Origin: Eledone cirrhosa
Taxonomy: Eukaryota
Assembly (NCBI GenBank): GCA_964016885.1
Contig: OZ024755.1
Location: 25,606,001 to 25,670,000, forward strand
Length of the DNA stretch: 64,000 nucleotides
Direction of reading: 5' to 3'
The notes under the pieces: model-generated
Seen by the model: the letters and a program-made list of their open reading frames with translations, nothing else
What the model was told of the DNA's origin: nothing
Database searches by the model: none
Program-made: the position numbers and the translations under genes
In this document: one piece after another, positions 1-14,225 of the stretch
Position numbering within the stretch: the first letter of the stretch is position 1
How the letters are laid out: each line of letters starts with the position of its first letter

Positions 1-277
1 GTTCTTACATTTTCTTCGGGGTTCTGTTATGGACACAACTGTATATTGCCGTTTAAAGTCACTTTTAAACTGGTCCTTCTTCAGGCACGTGGACAGGTAT
101 ACGTGCTCGAAGAAGGCACAGTTTAAAAGTGCTTCTTCCAATATATGGTGGTGGGTTGCACATACATGTTAAGTGTATGAAACTTTGTTTATACTAAATA
201 AGATCTCTTGCAATAGACTGGGCACTGTTTTCCTTGATCTTTCATCTACGGATTTCTACACGTACACACATACACAT

Positions 278-312
<35 letters not shown>

Positions 313-314
313 CA

Positions 315-372
<58 letters not shown>

Positions 373-470
373 CAGAGCGAGACAAAGAGCGGGCGTGGGT
401 GGAATTGAGAGGGTAAAATAAAATAACTAGCTTGCTGTTTGTCTGTGACTTCATGTGTGTGCCTGATTGC

Positions 471-533
<63 letters not shown>

Positions 534-550
534 CATATATATACATAAAC

Positions 551-601
<51 letters not shown>

Positions 602-618
602 CATATATATACATAAAC

Positions 619-681
<63 letters not shown>

Positions 682-704
682 CATACATATATATATACAT
701 AAAC

Positions 705-757
<53 letters not shown>

Positions 758-778
758 CATACATATATATACATAAAC

Positions 779-809
<31 letters not shown>

Positions 810-1421
810 TGGGTGTGTATGTAAGTAATAATATGTATGTACATCTGTTTGTGTAACCGTTGCAGGAATTCACCGTCATGTGCCGTTTAAATTATTAGGC
901 AGTTTTGTTTATTTAGTGTAGAAAACTAAGCAAACCCCCACCACCACCATTATCACTGCTACCGCCAACACCACCACCGCCGCCGCCGCCACCAACACCA
1001 CCACTATCACTGTTACCGCCACCACCACCAACACCACCACCGCCGCTGCCAACACCACCACTACCACTGCTACCTCCACCACCACCGCCGCCACCACCAC
1101 CGCAACTATCATTGCTACCTCCACCACCACCACCACCGCCGCCGCCAACACCAACACTACCACTGCTACCTCCACCACCACCACCACCACCACCACCACC
1201 GCCGCCACCACCACCAGCACTATCACTGCTACCGCCGTCTTTTATTCCACTTATCACACACAGCCACTTAGTTTGTGGACCGCCACTCCAACCATGGGCA
1301 ACCACACAGAACAGTGTTCTTCAAATAGATTTAATGACATGCGGGATGTGGGGTGGGGCAGATATGAGGGGGGGTGGGGTGACGAAGATACACCAAATAA
1401 GCAATTATAAATATAAATAAC

Positions 1422-1480
<59 letters not shown>

Positions 1481-1483
1481 CAC

Positions 1484-1518
<35 letters not shown>

Positions 1519-1630
1519 ATAGTAGCAGTAGTAACAGTAGCAGTGGTAGTACTAGTTATAGTAGTAGTAGTAGTAGTAGTAGCAGTAGTAACAGTAGGAG
1601 CAGCAGTAGTAGCAGTGGTAGTACTAGTTA

Positions 1631-1666
<36 letters not shown>

Positions 1667-1693
1667 CAGCAATACTAGTAGTAGTACTAGTTA

Positions 1694-1747
<54 letters not shown>

Positions 1748-1798
1748 CAGTAGTAACAGTAGCAGCAGCAGTAGTAGCAGTGGTAGTACTAGTTATAA

Positions 1799-1846
<48 letters not shown>

Positions 1847-2051
1847 CAGTAGTAGCAATACTAGTAGTAGTACTAGTTATAGTAGTAGTAGTACAGAGAG
1901 CTGAATGCTGAGGGCTAACTGAGGAACCCCTCGGAACCACAATCCCCTTAACCCTCACGGAGGGACGCCGTCACCCAACTGTCGTTGTCCCACTTAAAGG
2001 CACAACCTGAGAGTAGTCACATTCACTATTTCCATTTGTACTACTAAATAT

Positions 2052-2852
2052 TTGTTTCTACTTTTGGCACAAGGCCAGCAAATACCCAGTGCATTACTGG
2101 TACTTCACTTTACCGACCCCGTAAGGATGAAAGGCAAAGTCAACCTCGGCGGGATTTGAACTCACACCGTAAAGTGGCGTAACTCTATGCTGCAAAGCAT
2201 GGCGTCCGACCTTCCACCGATTCTGCCAATCCATCACCCTACTTAATAATTGTTTCTACTATAGGCACAAGGCCAGCAATTACCCAGTGTATTACTGGTA
2301 CTAAATTTTATCGACCCCCGTAAAGATGAAAGGCAAAGTGAACCTCGGCGGGATTTGAACTCAGAATGGCAAGGGCCGTAACTCTATGCGTCAAAACATG
2401 GCGTCCGACCCTCTACCAATACTGGCAATCCACCACCCTACTTAATTGTTTCTACTTTAGGCACAAGGCCAGCAATTACACAGTGTATTACTGGTACTAA
2501 ATTTTATCGACCCCCGTAAAGATGAAAGGCAAAGTGAACCTCGGCGAGATTTGAACTCAGAATGGCAAGGGCCGTAACTCTATGCGTCACAACATGGCGT
2601 CCGACCCTCTACCAATACTGCCAATCCACCACCCTACTTAATAATGGTTTCTTATATAGGCACAAGGCCATCAATTTTGGGGGAGGGGAAAGTCGATTAA
2701 ATCGACCCCAGTGTGTGACTGGTACACCATCTTATCAACCCCGTAAGGATGAAAGGCAAAGCTAACCTCGGCGGGATTTAAACTCAGAATGTAAAGGACC
2801 GTAACTCTATACCATAAAACATGTAGTCTGATGCTCTACCGATACTGCCAAT
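2052..2852 (-). mobile_element. Four head-to-tail copies of a tRNA-derived SINE
   Basis: Units of about 190-210 bp. The minus strand has A box TGGCAGTATYGG and B box GAGTTCAAATCC, then GACTTTGCCTTTCATCC..GGTCGATAAA..GTACCAG. Confidence 0.9.
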
Positions 2853-3358
2853 GGTTTCTTTACTAGCCACACAGGGTTTATATTAAGAGGACAATAAGGA
2901 CGGTACAGGACATACAGAACAAAGCCAGTAATCTGGTGATGTTGGTGGCGGTGGTGGTGGTGACAATGATAGTGGTGGGTGTGGTTGCGGTAGTGGTGAT
3001 AGTGGTAGTGGTGTTGGTGGGGAGGATGTGGTGGCGGCGGTGGTGGAGGTGCTGGTGATGATGATTGTGGGGGTAGCGGTGGTGGTGTTGCTGCTGTTGG
3101 TAGCTGTAAAAGTGGTGGTGACGGGGGACGGCGACAACAAGGATGATGATAATGATAATGACGAAAATGATGACGACAATATTGAATAAACGTGTAAAGC
3201 TAACTAGCAGCCATTTCCGCTGTGGAGGCTGACATAGACAGGAAAGTGTGTTTATTAAATTATCCAAATAAAACTTTCTATGTAGATAATTAACTGGCAG
3301 CTTGAGTTTCATGTAAACTATAGATTGAGGAAGATTTCTGTCTATGTGGGGTTATATA

Positions 3359-3466
<108 letters not shown>

Positions 3467-3686
3467 CACACTCATACACTCACTCACACATACAAACACA
3501 CACAACCCCCCCCCCCCCACACCCACACACATACATATATATATATATGTAAATATATATCAATGTATATATATATATATATGTGTGTGTGTATGTGTTT
3601 GCATTATATATACAGTATATATATATATAGAGAGAAAGATAGATAGATAGATAGATACATATATATATATACATATATATATATGA

Positions 3687-3719
<33 letters not shown>

Positions 3720-3981
3720 TGTGTGTATGTATGTGTGTATGTATGTATATATGTACGTGTGTGTCAGTGTATGTCCGAGACGAAAGAGAAAGTACTCAAT
3801 ACAGAGCATAATTATAGATTTTTGGCAGATGGTACCCAGCCTCCCTCTATCAATACTCAGAGTTTCACGTGTTTCATGGTTCATCAGGCAGAGTTATCTG
3901 TCGTCTGAGGAATCGTGAAATTCTGGGGAGATGTACATTGAAATACAACAACAACAATAACATCAACAACAACAACATCAG

Positions 3982-4013
<32 letters not shown>

Positions 4014-5119
4014 GCAACAACAACAACATCAGCAACAACAATAACATCAGCAACAACAATAATATCAGCAACAACAATAATATCAGCAACAGCAGCGTCA
4101 GCAGTAGCAGCAACAGCAACAACAACAGCAGCAGCAACAGTAAGAGTAACAGCCGCAGCGTCATAAAAAAAACAGTACCAAGAACAACAACAATAATAAC
4201 AACAGAAGCAGGAAACAACAACATTACTTACAACAACAGCAACAGAAACAACAACAACAACAACAACAACAACAGCAACAGAAACAACAACAGCAACAGA
4301 AACAACAACAATAACAACAACAACAACAACAGAAACAACAACAACAACACCAACAACAACAGAAACAACAACAACAACAACAGCAACAGAAACAACAGCA
4401 ACAGCAACAGAAACAACAACAACAATAACAGCAACAGCAACAGAAATAACAACAACAACCTCAGCAGCAACAGAAACAACAACAATAACAACAACAACAA
4501 AAATCACGACAAAAACAGTAACAACAACTACTACTACATCAACAGAAACGGGGGTGCATGACTTCTACAATAAAAGCCCCAGCACCACCACCACTAACAA
4601 CAACAGCAACAACAACAATAACAACAATAACAACCAAATATTAGAAGCAACACGCGTTTCATTTATTTTGCTGTCGTTTATTTATTTAATTTACTGTAGA
4701 AGACGGTTTATCTACATCATATGATATGATCTCTTCAAAGTTCCACCTTGTTATCATATAACATTCACTTGTAACTCCAATTTCTCTTACACATAATTTT
4801 TAAACAACACTCCACAACAAAGAATTGAATTTCTTTTCGTTCTCTACTTTAGTTATTGCTTCTTCTAATATTTGGTGAATTGGTAGAAGTCGTGCCAACC
4901 TCAGATTAAAGGCCGCGATATTCGTTTCGGTTCTTTGTAGTCTGAGTTCAAACTCCGCTCAGGTCAATTTGGCATTTTACTTTTTAGCCCAGATCGATAA
5001 ATAATGAACCAGTCCATGTGTGTTGAATTGTTAAAAACTCGGGTAGGGAGATGTTTTCCAGTGTTTTTTTTTTGTTTCTGGTTTTTTTCCTGGCTCCGGT
5101 GTTCTAAATTAAAATCTTG

Positions 5120-5470
5120 CCTCCTTCTGCCAGGAGTTTTGACCAAACGAAAATACCATGGGAAATATTGTTTCTTTGGACTGATCTTACAGTCAGCCCC
5201 TTTCTTCTGCCAGGAGTTTTGACCAACAGATAATATTAACAATGGAAAGACCGTGAGAAATATTGTTTCTTTGGTCTGATCTGACAGTCAGCCCCTTTCT
5301 TCTGCCAGGGGCTGTGACCAACAGATAATATTAACAATGGAAAGACCGATGGAAACATTGTTTCTTTGGTCTCATCTGACAATCAACTCCTTTCTTTTGC
5401 CAGGAATTGTGACCAATAGATAGTATCAGCAGAAACATTGTTTACTTGGTCCAATCTGACAATCAGCTCT
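5120..5470. repeat. About 96-bp tandem repeat; related array at 49823-50050
   Basis: TTCTGCCAGGAG..GACCAACAGATA..TTGTTTCTTTGGTCTGATCTGAC repeated 3-4 times. Confidence 0.85.
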
Positions 5471-5779
5471 ATTCCTTATCTTTTTTTGTAAAGATTTTCT
5501 GTTTTCCCTCAATGTCTCTCCAATACTATCATAAACACTCGAAGATGAGGTACTCACACGAAATACTAGTAACAATATGGCCGCAGTCCATTGACTGGCA
5601 CAGGTAAAAGATTAAAGAATAGCAACACACATTCACACACAGAATGGATTTCCTTCGGTTTCGAAGCTGAGTGTTCCAGATGTTCAAAAAACAGAACCAC
5701 GTGTTTGTGAATTCACGTGTAAGAGACTCAGGGAGATCCAGCGCCACACATATATAGAACATCTTGTATTATAGTGACT

Positions 5780-5970
5780 GAGGGTGGTTGATTGGCAGTA
5801 TCGGTAGAGAGTCGGACGCCATGCTATATAGTATAGAGTTACGACCCTTTATGGTCTGAGTTCAAATCCCGTCGAGGTTAACTTTGCCTTTCATCCTTAC
5901 GGGGTCGATAAAATGAAGTACCAGTAATGCACTGAGATAATTGCTGGTCTTGTGCCAAAAGTAGAAACAA
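5780..5970 (+). mobile_element. tRNA-derived SINE
   Basis: A box, B box and family body in sense orientation. Confidence 0.9.
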
Positions 5971-5989
5971 TGATAGTGACTGAGTTCGG

Positions 5990-6023
<34 letters not shown>

Positions 6024-6307
6024 CAGAAATAACAAAGCGAACGACACAGTACATTGAAGAAATATATTAGTTTAACGCTTGGAATAGTAGGAAACGAGAC
6101 TTAACGTTTCAGACACTAGTCCTTCATTAGAAGATAGAGTTACAAATAAACGATAAAATAGAAAGATAAAGAGTGAGAAGAGACAAAAAACGGGAGAAAA
6201 TTAGAAAAGGGGGAAAAACACACGTGCGTATTCAGTCAGCCATTATATATATATACATATATACATATATATATACATATATATATACATATATATATAC
6301 ATATATT

Positions 6308-6351
<44 letters not shown>

Positions 6352-6362
6352 TTCACACACAC

Positions 6363-6436
<74 letters not shown>

Positions 6437-6539
6437 GTATATATATATGTATATATACATATATATATACATATATTCACACACACAGATATATATATAT
6501 ATATCTGTGTGTGTGAATATATGTATATATATATGTATA

Positions 6540-6612
<73 letters not shown>

Positions 6613-6662
6613 ATATGTATATATATATATATACATATATATATACATATATTCACACACAC

Positions 6663-6742
<80 letters not shown>

Positions 6743-7393
6743 ATATATATATACGTGTGTGTTTGTGTGTGTAAAATCATTCTCCGGCGTATGGGTTTTA
6801 ATTGAAGGTTTTAAGTTGTCTTTCATCCTACGATGGTAATCTAGAGGGAGTCTGTGTACCACCCTTCCCTGACACTACCCAACACATCTCACTGCCCCTT
6901 TGTTTATTTTGTCTGGGGCTCATGATTAGGTCTTTTGTGTTGCTTAGATAATTTGCTATGATCATCATCATTATCGTCGTCATAGCAGCAACACACCAGC
7001 ACCACCACCATCACCATCACCATCACCACCACCATCACCATCACCATCACCATCACCATCACCACCACCATCACCATCACCATCACCACCACCATCATCA
7101 CCGCCACCATCACCATCACCATCACCACCACCATCATCACCGCCACCGCCACCATCACCATCACCACCACCATCACCACCACCATCACCATCACCACCAC
7201 CACCACTATCAATATCTTCATTACCTTCACCATTATTGTCACCATCACCATCATATCAGCATCATCAACATCATCAGCATCATCACCATTACAAACACCG
7301 TCACCATCACCATCACCATCACCATCGCCATCCTCATTATCATCACTCCATCTGCAAATCAATTATCAACAAAAGTGTTGTTGTTGATGTTCA

Positions 7394-7429
<36 letters not shown>

Positions 7430-7464
7430 GGTGGTGGTGGTGGTAATGGTGGTGGTGGTAGTAC

Positions 7465-7511
<47 letters not shown>

Positions 7512-7623
7512 CTTGTAGTAGTAGTAGTAACGGTGGTGGTGGTGGTGGTGGTGGTGGTGGTGGTGGTGATTGTAGTAGTAGTAGTAACGGTGGTGGTAGT
7601 GGTCGTGGTGGTGGTGGTGGTGA

Positions 7624-7667
<44 letters not shown>

Positions 7668-7773
7668 ATGGTGGTGGTGGTGGTGGTGGTGGTGGTGGTA
7701 GTAGTAGTAGTAGTAGTAATAGTAGTAGTGGTGGTGGTGGTGGTGGTGGTGGTGGTGGTGGTGGTGGTAGTAC

Positions 7774-7879
<106 letters not shown>

Positions 7880-8135
7880 TGTGTGTTGCGGAAATGCGAT
7901 GATATCTATTAATTGATGATTGGTTTTGTCACCTCCTCCCCCCACCCCCATACATACGCCTGTTACCTCTTCCCCCCGTGTCACCTCCTCCTCCCCACCC
8001 TGTCATGTGATAGCTAACTGTCAAGTTCTCGTTAAACTCACGTTAAAACTAATCCAAACAAACCGGCGGACGTATGTCACACGTTGACAAGCGTGGGACT
8101 CACATGTGTGTAACACGTACTGCACACACACACAT

Positions 8136-8166
<31 letters not shown>

Positions 8167-8922
8167 TACATATACACACACACACACACACATATATACA
8201 TACATACACACATAGATATACATACACACACACACACACATACATACACACACACACATACACATACATATACATACACACATACACACACATACATATA
8301 CGTACATACACACATACATACACACACACATATATACATACACACACACACACACACACACACACTAATACATATACATACAAACATACAAACATATATA
8401 CATGCATACATATACACACATACATACACATATGTTCACACTCACATACATATACACACACATACATACACATAGGTTCATACTCACATACATAGATATG
8501 TTAGGCACACATACCTATACAAATACACACACACACATACATACGCATACGTTCACACTCACATATATAGATGTACTATGCACACATACTTATACAAATA
8601 TACATACACACACATATACATACACATATGTTCACACGCACATACTTATACAAATATACATATACACACACATACATACACTTACGCTCACACTCACATA
8701 GATATGCTAGGCAGACATACCTATACAAACATACACATATGTTCACACTCACACACACTCACATACATAGATGTGCGCACATACTTATACATACGTACAT
8801 ATACACACGCATACACACACATATACATACACATGTTCACACTCACATATACACTCATGCGCATACACATACATAGATACACACACACGCACAGACATCA
8901 CATACACACACAGAGGTGCACA

Positions 8923-8959
<37 letters not shown>

Positions 8960-9510
8960 ACTTACCGCGCACACACACACATAAACACATGCGATTGTAT
9001 AAAGAAAGACACGTGCAGCCAGAAGTTAAAGCAACACCAAGCTAATATAGATAGAAATAGAGCCACATTTGTGTGTGGGTGTATGTGTCTGTGCGTGTGT
9101 TTGCGTGTGTGTGTGTGTGTCTGCTTATCTAACTATTAAATAAATAAAGCTGCCCCAGCAGGGCCTGAGCCTTACTCACTACAGTCAACTAAAGTCAAAT
9201 TACTACCAATTATATAGCCGCATGGTTATAAGGTTTGTCTCAAAACCTGTTATTTTACGTTCAATCTTCACCCATCTTTATATATATGAAAGTACTACCA
9301 ACTATATATATATATATATATATATGTAGAGAGAAATGGTTTCTACAGGACTAGAACTGTTTCATTCTAGAGAAATCATTGAGTACCTTACTGTGGTTAC
9401 CCCCCGATGAACCCGGGATAAACTTATATATATCTCCTTCCCCTTTTTTTCTAAATGTATTTCCACCCCTCCTCCCCACACCCTCGGAACTCTCTTCCTA
9501 ACCTATTTTC

Positions 9511-9540
9511 TCCTGAAGAAGGGCTTATGCCCGAAACGTC
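9511..9540 (+). ncRNA. Ultra-minimal hammerhead-like PLE motif
   Basis: CTGAAGA-A-GGGC-TTAT-GCCC-GAAACGTC. The 3' strand of stem I is lost. Confidence 0.5.
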
Positions 9541-9619
9541 CCCCCCCCCCACTCTCAAGAGCGTGAACCTAATAAACTTTTATTAGTCTGCCGCTCTGTT
9601 TCGTTCCTGTTCAAATTTA

Positions 9620-9677
<58 letters not shown>

Positions 9678-9728
9678 CAAATTATAAAATAAGAAATAAT
9701 AAACAGATATATACCTATTTTTTCTTCA

Positions 9729-9825
9729 AAGTCCCGACTGTACAGTTTCGCTGGTCAGTTTGCAGCAATTGCACATTATAGATGTGCAATATTGTTGTGA
9801 GGCATACCAGCTTTTCAAGGAACTC
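9729..9825 (-). ncRNA. Decayed hammerhead ribozyme
   Basis: Reverse complement reads GAGTTCC-TTGAAAA-GCTGG..CCAGC-GAAA-CTGTACAG-TC-GGGACTT. Stems are intact, with two core transitions. Confidence 0.55.
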
Positions 9826-10150
9826 CTCAGGGAAAGAACGCTTTCCAGACACGTTCGTAGCAAGTGAGAAAATCTCAAAAGGCGGAAGGAGAAATTACCA
9901 CGTGATACACCGGTCAAGAACTGGATTCCTTGTAGCAAGTGAAAGATATCTCAAAAGGCGGAGGGAGAAATGAATACGTGATACAGAGGTTACAGGCGGG
10001 GTGTGTGGGGGGGGGGGGTTTAACTAGGTTCACCCGGGTGAGCACTCGATGTTTAGATTCCCTTCAGTATCGAGGTGTAGAGGTAGACAGAGTGTATTAT
10101 AGTAAAATAAAACAAGGCCGATTGGTTACTCCTTCATTACGTTTATTTGT

Positions 10151-10237
10151 TGGTGACGCGCGTTTCGCCACTGATCAGCTCAAGGCTCGATCTGTATCGA
10201 TCTAGCCCGACTCTGTCATCCGCGGCTCGTCAGACCC
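10151..10237 (-). ncRNA. Type I hammerhead ribozyme with extended stem II
   Basis: Reverse complement reads GGT-CTGACGA-GCCGC..GTGGC-GAAA-CGCGCG-TC^-ACC. Palindromic stem III, GUC triplet. Confidence 0.7.
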
Positions 10238-10380
10238 TTTACAATAGTAATAGAAAAATGATTATACATGGCGTATGAGAAAGTCTGATGTTCCTATGGT
10301 GGTCAGTGAAATTTGTTTTGATGACCACCATAGGAACATCAGACTTTCTCATACGCCATGTATAATCATTTTTCTATTAC

Positions 10381-10470
10381 TATTGTCTGACGAGCCGCGG
10401 ATGACAGAGTCGGGCTAGATTGATACAGATCACACCTTGAGCTGATCAGTGGCGAAACGCGCATCACCAA
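10381..10470 (+). ncRNA. Hammerhead ribozyme, slightly decayed inverted partner
   Basis: CTGACGA-GCCGC..GTGGC-GAAA-CGCGCA-TC-ACC. G>A in stem III and a deletion next to stem I. Confidence 0.55.
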
Positions 10471-10771
10471 CCAATAAACGTAATGAAGGAGTAACCAATC
10501 GTCCTTGTTTTGTTTTATTTTACTATATATATATATATATATATATATAGTATCTATTTTTCCATCTCTCTATTTTGTTCCATGCATTTCTTCTTTTTCT
10601 TTTTCTTCTTTTTCTTCCTTTTCTTCGTTTTGTCTTTCTTTCTTTTTTCTCCCTTTTTTTTTCTCTCTTTCTTTCTCTCTCTCTGTATTTTCACTGCTAG
10701 CGTAAACCTCTTCAAGTCGATGTTTATTACGGTATGTCGAATATATTTATCTATAAAACTGTTTATATTGT

Positions 10772-10835
10772 ATTTTGTCTGATGAAGGCATAGCATATTG
10801 TTAATATGATATCCACGAAATATATATAATGAAAT
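10772..10835 (+). ncRNA. Minimal hammerhead ribozyme (GAAATATATATA family)
   Basis: ATTTTGT-CTGATGA-AGG..CCAC-GAAA-TATATA-TA-ATGAAAT. The downstream sequence matches the 19.4 kb and 35 kb copies. Confidence 0.6.
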
Positions 10836-11012
10836 AAATATGGTTTTATAAATATAGTTTTCCATTTATTTAATATTGTAAATATACTCCAAATATTTGT
10901 CAAGTGCTTTTATATCAGTTATAAATATTTACTAGTTGTAACCCAACAATTTTAAATATAACTTTACATGTATATATATATATATATATATGTGTGTGTG
11001 AGTGTGTGTGTT

Positions 11013-11052
<40 letters not shown>

Positions 11053-11153
11053 TTGTTCAATGAAAAAGAGTTAGTTGATTTATAATCAGCTGACTTTTAT
11101 ATAACAGATTTCAAGCACTCAACGGTATATATTTATCTGGAGTATTATAATAA

Positions 11154-11340
11154 TTGTCTCTACTTTTGGCACAAGGCCAGCAATTACCAGTACGTTACTG
11201 GTACTTTAGTTTATCGACCCCGTAAGGATGAAAGGCAAAGTTAACCTCGGCGGGATTTGAACTAAGACCATAAAGGGACGTAACTCTATGCGTCAAAGCA
11301 TGGCGTCAGACCCTCTACCGATACTGCCAATCCACCACCT
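11154..11340 (-). mobile_element. tRNA-derived SINE
   Basis: Full-length match to the family. Confidence 0.9.
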
Positions 11341-11468
11341 TAAAGTATTATAATAATAATAAACAAAAGATAGTTACTTTAGATCATCTCTATTTATGCT
11401 TGATTGTCACCGATCTGTCCAGCTCGTTTGACCGCCAGTATATCAAAGGAATCCTGCATATCCTATGC

Positions 11469-11543
11469 ATTTTGTTTGACGAGAACATGTTTCGGATTAT
11501 GTTATACATAAGCCTTGCATCTTCGAAATATATATAATAAAAT
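11469..11543 (+). ncRNA. Decayed minimal hammerhead (core TTGACGA)
   Basis: ATTTTGT-TTGACGA-GAA..TTC-GAAA-TATATA-TA-ATAAAAT, inside an inverted repeat at about 11350-11397 / 11542-11589. Confidence 0.55.
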
Positions 11544-11589
11544 AAATAGAGATGATCTAAAGTAACTATCTTTTGTTTATTATTATTAT

Positions 11590-11960
11590 TTCATCTGCCT
11601 GGTGGTCATGGCGAAAGAGATTGTGTGGTGGAGAAGGTTGAAAGGGTTAAAGAGAGACACTTTTCTCTTCGGCGAATCCCTAATTAACTTTTTCAAGTTT
11701 CATTTGAAGAGGAAAATCAGGTTGGAGAGGCAAGTGCTGCCTTCTAGCAAGTTTGATGAAAGGTGGGTGAATGTAGCGAGAATGGTCTGAGTGAACGGGA
11801 CCGCTCTGAATATACGCCTGTAGTTTGAGAAATGGAAAAATTGAGAGAGGGCGCTTGCCCTGGTGGTCAGGGTGGCCGTGGTCTTTTGTGTGGTTTTCGC
11901 CACGAGTAACCCTCGGAGGCTTCCTCCCTATTGGGGAATTTTTCATTGTTTGAATTTTCA
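11590..11960 (+). mobile_element. Tx1/L1-type LINE ORF2 C-terminal fragment and 3' UTR
   Basis: LVVMAKEIVWWRR..LKRKIRLER..FDERW fits the AK..W..R..E..F..W C-terminal pattern of Tx1-like ORF2. Confidence 0.6.
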
Positions 11961-12383
11961 TTTTTATTGTTTATATATATATATACATATATATATGTTT
12001 CAATGTCTTTTTTCTTTTTCTTTTCTTATATAAATAATAAAAATCTTTACACGTACAAAACCCACATCGTATCGTCCTGTGCCGTCTGTAATGTTTTTTC
12101 TTGATATCAGCCTTTGTGGCCAATAAAGAAATCATTAATATCATTATCACTATTCTTATTGTTTTTCCTTTCCCTCCAGTATTGTTTCTGGCATATGCCG
12201 TATGTCTTCCTGACACCTAGGGCAAATAAATTCACTGTATACATTGGTAAGCCAGTTAATACACCACATTGAATATAATTTACAGCTTATCATTCTTACA
12301 GAGGGATATCATTCTTACAGAGATAGTGCTCTACTCACACACACATCCACACACATCCACACAAGGGGGCGGGATATCATTCT

Positions 12384-12600
12384 CACAGAGATAGTGCTCT
12401 TCTCAATACGTGTGCAGTACCAGTCAAAATAATTTTTTACACCTCTTGCAGAGAGGGTAAACCAGGAATCATTCGCAAATACTGTTCTGTTCCTTTCTTG
12501 ATTATTCCCACTGCTCCACATTTTTTCGATTTCAATAAGCAGATCTTTATATTTTCTTAACTTGTCGAATTCTTTTGCCGCGATATTGTGATTACGTGGA
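12384..12600 (-). mobile_element. R4/NeSL-like LINE restriction-like endonuclease C-terminal relic
   Basis: NIAAKEFDKLRKYKDLLIEIEKMW, then after a frameshift GIIKKGTEQYLRMIPGLPSLQEV*KIILTGTAHVLRRALSL. Confidence 0.75.
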
Positions 12601-13484
12601 GTCGTAGAAGCATCGATATACGGCGTGTCTAGGGCTCTTTTAAACCTAGCGGAGCCCAACCATCTCCAGGTCTGAACACAGCCGATTTTTTTCTATAGAC
12701 TCCAGTACTGGACTGGTACTTTTTTTTATCGACCTCGAAAGTATGAAAGGTAAAGTTGACCACGGCGGGATTTAAACTCAGAGCACGCAATGAGGTGGGA
12801 CGAATACGGTAAAACATTCTATCCATGTGTGTGTGACTGTGTGTGTGTGCGCGCGCGCGTGTTTGTGTGTGTATGCATACATGTATCTATGTATGTATTC
12901 TGAATTCGGGACAGGCTAATGACAAATAGTATTGTACATATACTATTGTACTTAAAGTAATGTACATACATGTCACTGTCATATATATTGGTATTCATAG
13001 TGGGACGGTATTGTGTAGAAGCAGTCCGGTCAATAACATGTTGTTATCTACACAATAAGACGATGTCATGTTGTGTAACTGTAATTGACCAGGTCATAAT
13101 GTATAGCAGTGTAACTAACCATTATGATATATTTTGTAACTTGCTCTGTTCACATTACACTAGATAATGGTTTCTTATTTAGAGTCAATGCCAGTCATTT
13201 TTATTCCAGTGGCAAAGTTCATTATATTGACTCCAGAAATTCACTAATATTTTATTATATTGACAAACAAGAGGCAAAGCTGATCTCGGCCAGAATCAAA
13301 CTAAAAAAAAATAAAAAGCCGTAATTAAATAACACCAATCATTCTATCCGACTTTCTAACGATTTCGCCACTCCACCGCTCTCGTGGTAAGAAACTCTCA
13401 GAAGAGCTGGACAACAGAAGGTCTTCAGAGAAGAAACTCCACCCAAGTGAGTGTTTCGGCCCTTAACTTCTCACATTAAATTAT

Positions 13485-13763
13485 AGGGCGGTCAAATTCC
13501 GTCGAGGTTAACTTTGCCTTTCATCCTTATGGGGTCGATAAAATAAAGTACCAGTAATACACTGGGTAATTGCTGGCTTTGTGCTAAAAGTAGAAACAAT
13601 TAAATTATCGGGCGGTGATTTGGCAGTATCGGTAGGGTGTCAGACACCAAGCTTCACAGCATAGAGTTATGGCCCTTTACGTTCTGAGTTCAAATCCTGC
13701 CGAGGTTAACTTTGCCTTTCATCCTTATGGAATTGCTGGCCTTGTACCAATAGTAGAAACAAT
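13485..13763 (+). mobile_element. Two partially deleted SINE copies
   Basis: Family motifs present twice. Confidence 0.85.
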
Positions 13764-14225
13764 TAAATTATAGAATAAAATCACTAGCAAAAAAAGCCTA
13801 AGATAATAAATATAACAGCGCGTGGGTAATTTAAATAGCTACCATGACTCTTCCACGATATAATCGAAACAGAATTTTCTTTCATTCAGTTAAAATATAT
13901 GAATAATTCGATGGTATATTCGAAAACAACTTGTATGTGTTTGTACCTTTCATATCATATTTTTTCTTTTACATAACTTCCTGTGTTGAACACTTCCCGT
14001 TAAATCTGTCATATCTTAAAGATACCGTCATATATTTAAAAGATTACGTGTATTTTCGATTACATATATTTCTTTCGCTGATTCTTTATCATATGAAGGC
14101 AGGGAAAGATTAACAGATGTCGCTCGTGTCTAGGATATAAATAAAAGTGATTTATAATTAATATCAAACAAAACTAATACAAGTTAAGTGAGGTTGTGTT
14201 ATATTGAACTGATACACCTGTTAAC

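Larger units (their letters stand above)
10098..10527. mobile_element. Fold-back (about 200-bp arms) HHR-bearing element, probable Penelope-like pLTR remnant
   Basis: Near-perfect inverted repeat centred at about 10313, with an HHR on each arm and ending in (TA)n. Confidence 0.7.

Noticed and set aside
5790-5880. tRNA gene suggested by A/B boxes
   Set aside because: This is the SINE head; it has no cloverleaf and is always followed by the SINE body.
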